Shown: positions 61,592-64,000 of the stretch, one piece after another | How the letters are laid out: every line of letters begins with the position of its first letter | How positions within the stretch are numbered: position 1 is the first letter of the stretch | NCBI GenBank assembly: GCA_965116885.1 | Contig: OZ220741.1 | Coordinates: 992,001 to 1,056,000 of the forward strand | DNA from: Candidatus Latescibacterota bacterium | Lineage (GTDB): Bacteria; Latescibacterota; UBA2968 | DNA length: 64,000 bases | Direction: 5' to 3' | The notes under the pieces: model-generated | What the model saw: the letters and a program-made list of their open reading frames with translations, nothing else | The model's database searches: none | Told to the model about the DNA's origin: nothing | Program-made: the position numbers and the translations under genes

Positions 61592-63322
61592 TCACGCCTC
61601 ATTCTCCACCCGAGCCGTAATAACATCAATCCCCTCATACTTCCGATGATGCACCGACGAAGCGTAATGCCGCAAAAGCCGGATCGAAAACTCGTGATCA
61701 TCCTCGGCATACGCATCCTCACCCAGATACGCGATCTGGTCTTCGATATTCTCGCCATCCGAAGCCGCCAAAAACTCTATTTCCGCTGTCCCTTCATCCC
61801 TGCGGATACTCAAAATCAGCCGCCGCGGTGTACTGGAAGACGCCTCTTCATCCTCCTTTATAAGACTCACCAGCATCTCCTCCCCGACCGAACGCAGGCG
61901 GTATTGACCACTCTCCGTCCAACCGTACTTCTCGGCAAACGCAACGAGAAACTCGTCAATCGCGGGCAATGCAGACAACTCCAGCGGCACTTGAATTTTT
62001 CTCCGCCGCGAACCGGTCAGTTCCACCAAAAGCGTCATGCCAATAACCGTCAGGCTCCCCACCGTAACCCCGCTATCGAGCAACTCGTGCACAAACCCGT
62101 CAAAAAATCCAGCAATACTCCCAGAAGAAAGCCCAACCATTATCGATACCGCGATGACGATACTCTTGCGATGATCAATCTTATCATCGAACGCCACCTT
62201 TGCCCCTTCCACGAAAAGCCCGCCAAATACGATGATATAGACAGCTGCCAGAACCGGACTCGGAATCGCAATGAGAAAAGCCCCCAACTTGGGCAAAAAT
62301 GCCACCCCGATCATAAACAACCCCATGTACACACCCACCATCCGCGCAGCCACGCCTGTAAGAGAGACATACGTTGCGGTAAGTGCCCAGGGCGTCGTGG
62401 CAGAGGGAATGCCCAGAAAGCCCACGATCAAATTGCCCACGGAGTAGGCATTGAGACCGCCTTGAACGACCCTGAAATCCTGTGCCTGTACCTCTCGGTG
62501 CGAAGCTCTTTGGATCACGCCAATATCCCCAACAGCCTTCACAAAAGTCACCAAACCGACAAAGATAAAAGCCGGCAGAAGTCCCCAAAATTCAACGCCA
62601 AAGGTCAAATCTAAACCTTCCCAGACGGGAACGGGAAAACCAATATAGGCAGCTTCGACCACACCGCTGTTATCGTACAACCCCAAAGGCACTGCGACAA
62701 TCAGACCCGCCAAAATGGTGATACCGACTATCCACAGCCGCCAGATCTGTGGCGCACGCAAAATTATCAGTACCCCAACAAACAAAGATATTGTCAGGGT
62801 CGCAATAACGCGATCAACGGGCAAATCCTGTGTCGATTTCACAACATCGTTAAACAGGAAGGGAGCTGCCGTAGCTGCGACCAACATCACAATTGTGCCA
62901 CTGACGGTTCGCGTAAATATTCGGCGCAACAGCGGAAGGTACATCGTGAGGACCAACTGAACGAGCGTCGAGACAACGGTCAAAATCGCCAGTAAGCCCG
63001 GTCCGCCTTTTTCTAAGGCAAGCGTAGAGATCGCAATAAAAGGAATATTGAAACCCGTCAAAATGAGAAGTCCAGTCCCAATTCGACCACGGAAAGCCTG
63101 AATAATTGACGTGAATCCGCACGTTATCAAGGCCATAAACACGGCCCACGGCAAATAAGCCCCGGTCTCGCCCGATGATCGGATGACCACAGTCGTAAAC
63201 ACCACGACCATGACGATATTTGGCGATGCCATCTGAACGGCAGAGAGTATGGCTACAGACCGGGGACATTTGTCCTCTGGTTCGTAGCGAATACCTTCGT
63301 TTATTTTTTTGACTTCGGCCAT
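61592..63322 (-). CDS. NCS2 (xanthine/uracil) permease-like protein with C-terminal RsbW/HATPase-like domain
   Basis: IRYEPED, IGTGLLI, LRRIFTRTVSGT, PKLGAFLIAIPSPV; soluble C-terminal ~140 aa. Confidence 0.8.
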   Translation of the reverse strand: MAEVKKINEGIRYEPEDKCPRSVAILSAVQMASPNIVMVVVFTTVVIRSSGETGAYLPWAVFMALITCGFTSIIQAFRGRIGTGLLILTGFNIPFIAISTLALEKGGPGLLAILTVVSTLVQLVLTMYLPLLRRIFTRTVSGTIVMLVAATAAPFLFNDVVKSTQDLPVDRVIATLTISLFVGVLIILRAPQIWRLWIVGITILAGLIVAVPLGLYDNSGVVEAAYIGFPVPVWEGLDLTFGVEFWGLLPAFIFVGLVTFVKAVGDIGVIQRASHREVQAQDFRVVQGGLNAYSVGNLIVGFLGIPSATTPWALTATYVSLTGVAARMVGVYMGLFMIGVAFLPKLGAFLIAIPSPVLAAVYIIVFGGLFVEGAKVAFDDKIDHRKSIVIAVSIMVGLSSGSIAGFFDGFVHELLDSGVTVGSLTVIGMTLLVELTGSRRRKIQVPLELSALPAIDEFLVAFAEKYGWTESGQYRLRSVGEEMLVSLIKEDEEASSSTPRRLILSIRRDEGTAEIEFLAASDGENIEDQIAYLGEDAYAEDDHEFSIRLLRHYASSVHHRKYEGIDVITARVENEA

Positions 63323-63359
63323 ATTTGAACTTGTGCGTTGCGTGAAAACGATTAAAACT

Positions 63360-63392
63360 GCTCATGGCTACGCTTCAAACGCAGCCATGAGC
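63360..63392. terminator. Strong intergenic hairpin
   Basis: gctcatggctacg-cttcaaa-cgcagccatgagc; no clear U-run. Confidence 0.45.
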
Positions 63393-63431
63393 GATGGCGT
63401 TTTGTCGCCTGCTAAGGCTGTTATGAGCGGC

Positions 63432-64000
63432 TCAATCGGCCGGTTCGCCAAAGTAGCTCGAGCCGAAAATCAGGCCATCGTAGCGAATCACCCATGCATG
63501 TGCATCCAGTATTACGCCGGTTCGCACGTGGGGCCGCTGATAGTGAATCCAGTGCCCCTCCTCGGTCGCACGCACTATTTCTTTGCCAAGTTCAAAGCCG
63601 GTGCTGGGTATCTTGACAACTTCGATGTTGAGGCCCACCGCTCCGGGCGCAATGAGGAAGACAGCGACGAGGCCATTCTCGTCAATCAGAAACAAAGACC
63701 ATTGGCCTTCGATGCTCTCCCGGCTGCTGTAGTAGGCGACGGTAGCTTCCAGGCCCTCCTGTTTGTACTTATCTATCGCGGCCTGCACGTATGCCTTGGT
63801 GGCCGATTCGGGACTCTCCGGGGCAGGGTAATAGCCCGAAGCGAAAAGCAGCCCATCGCGCCGGATGGCATAGCCCACCTTGGGCACCTCCACCAGCGTC
63901 ACCGGATGCGGCCACAGGTATTCCACCCAAACGCCCACGCCTTCCTCCGCCTTGGCCAGCGCCTTACCCAGTTCGTAGCCATCGGAACCCACCACATTCT
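63432..64000 (-). CDS. Tandem single-Cache (sCache_2-like) domain protein, 5' part outside window
   Basis: Two repeats: G.ELGK..A.E.G.W..Y..PH..T....K/H......DGL.F.S.Y; no C-terminal TM or output domain. Confidence 0.78.
   Translation of the reverse strand, partial: NVVGSDGYELGKALAKAEEGVGVWVEYLWPHPVTLVEVPKVGYAIRRDGLLFASGYYPAPESPESATKAYVQAAIDKYKQEGLEATVAYYSSRESIEGQWSLFLIDENGLVAVFLIAPGAVGLNIEVVKIPSTGFELGKEIVRATEEGHWIHYQRPHVRTGVILDAHAWVIRYDGLIFGSSYFGEPAD

Overview
Bacterial chromosome segment, probably from an FCB-superphylum or Latescibacterota/Handelsmanbacteria-like organism. That assignment is an inference from T9SS/FlgD-type C-terminal domains plus a UBact operon. Main contents: (1) a complete Pup-like UBact-proteasome operon (arc-dop-ubact-prcB-prcA-pafA, 12599-19146); (2) three co-oriented large secreted proteins built from cohesin-like, dockerin-like, Ig-like and T9SS-type CTD modules (22533-33334), directly downstream of four GT-C membrane glycosyltransferases that include clear PIG-V-like and PIG-B-like mannosyltransferases (34173-40822), a candidate glycosylated self-assembling surface system; (3) two tandem Rpn nucleases, each with an internal RBS for a small C-terminal protein; (4) three TA modules; (5) housekeeping and metabolic genes (ispE-rplY-pth-hppA-rpsF-rpsR-rplI, degP, TRAP transporter, sulfatase, FGE); (6) an NCS2 permease fused to a degenerate RsbW-like domain, downstream of a tandem-Cache protein. 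Intergenic DNA is crowded with at least four families of short repeats. GTAG-type REPs supply stop codons and are translated in frame inside a TPR protein and probably at the Pth N-terminus. All family assignments come from motif recognition by eye, not database searches.
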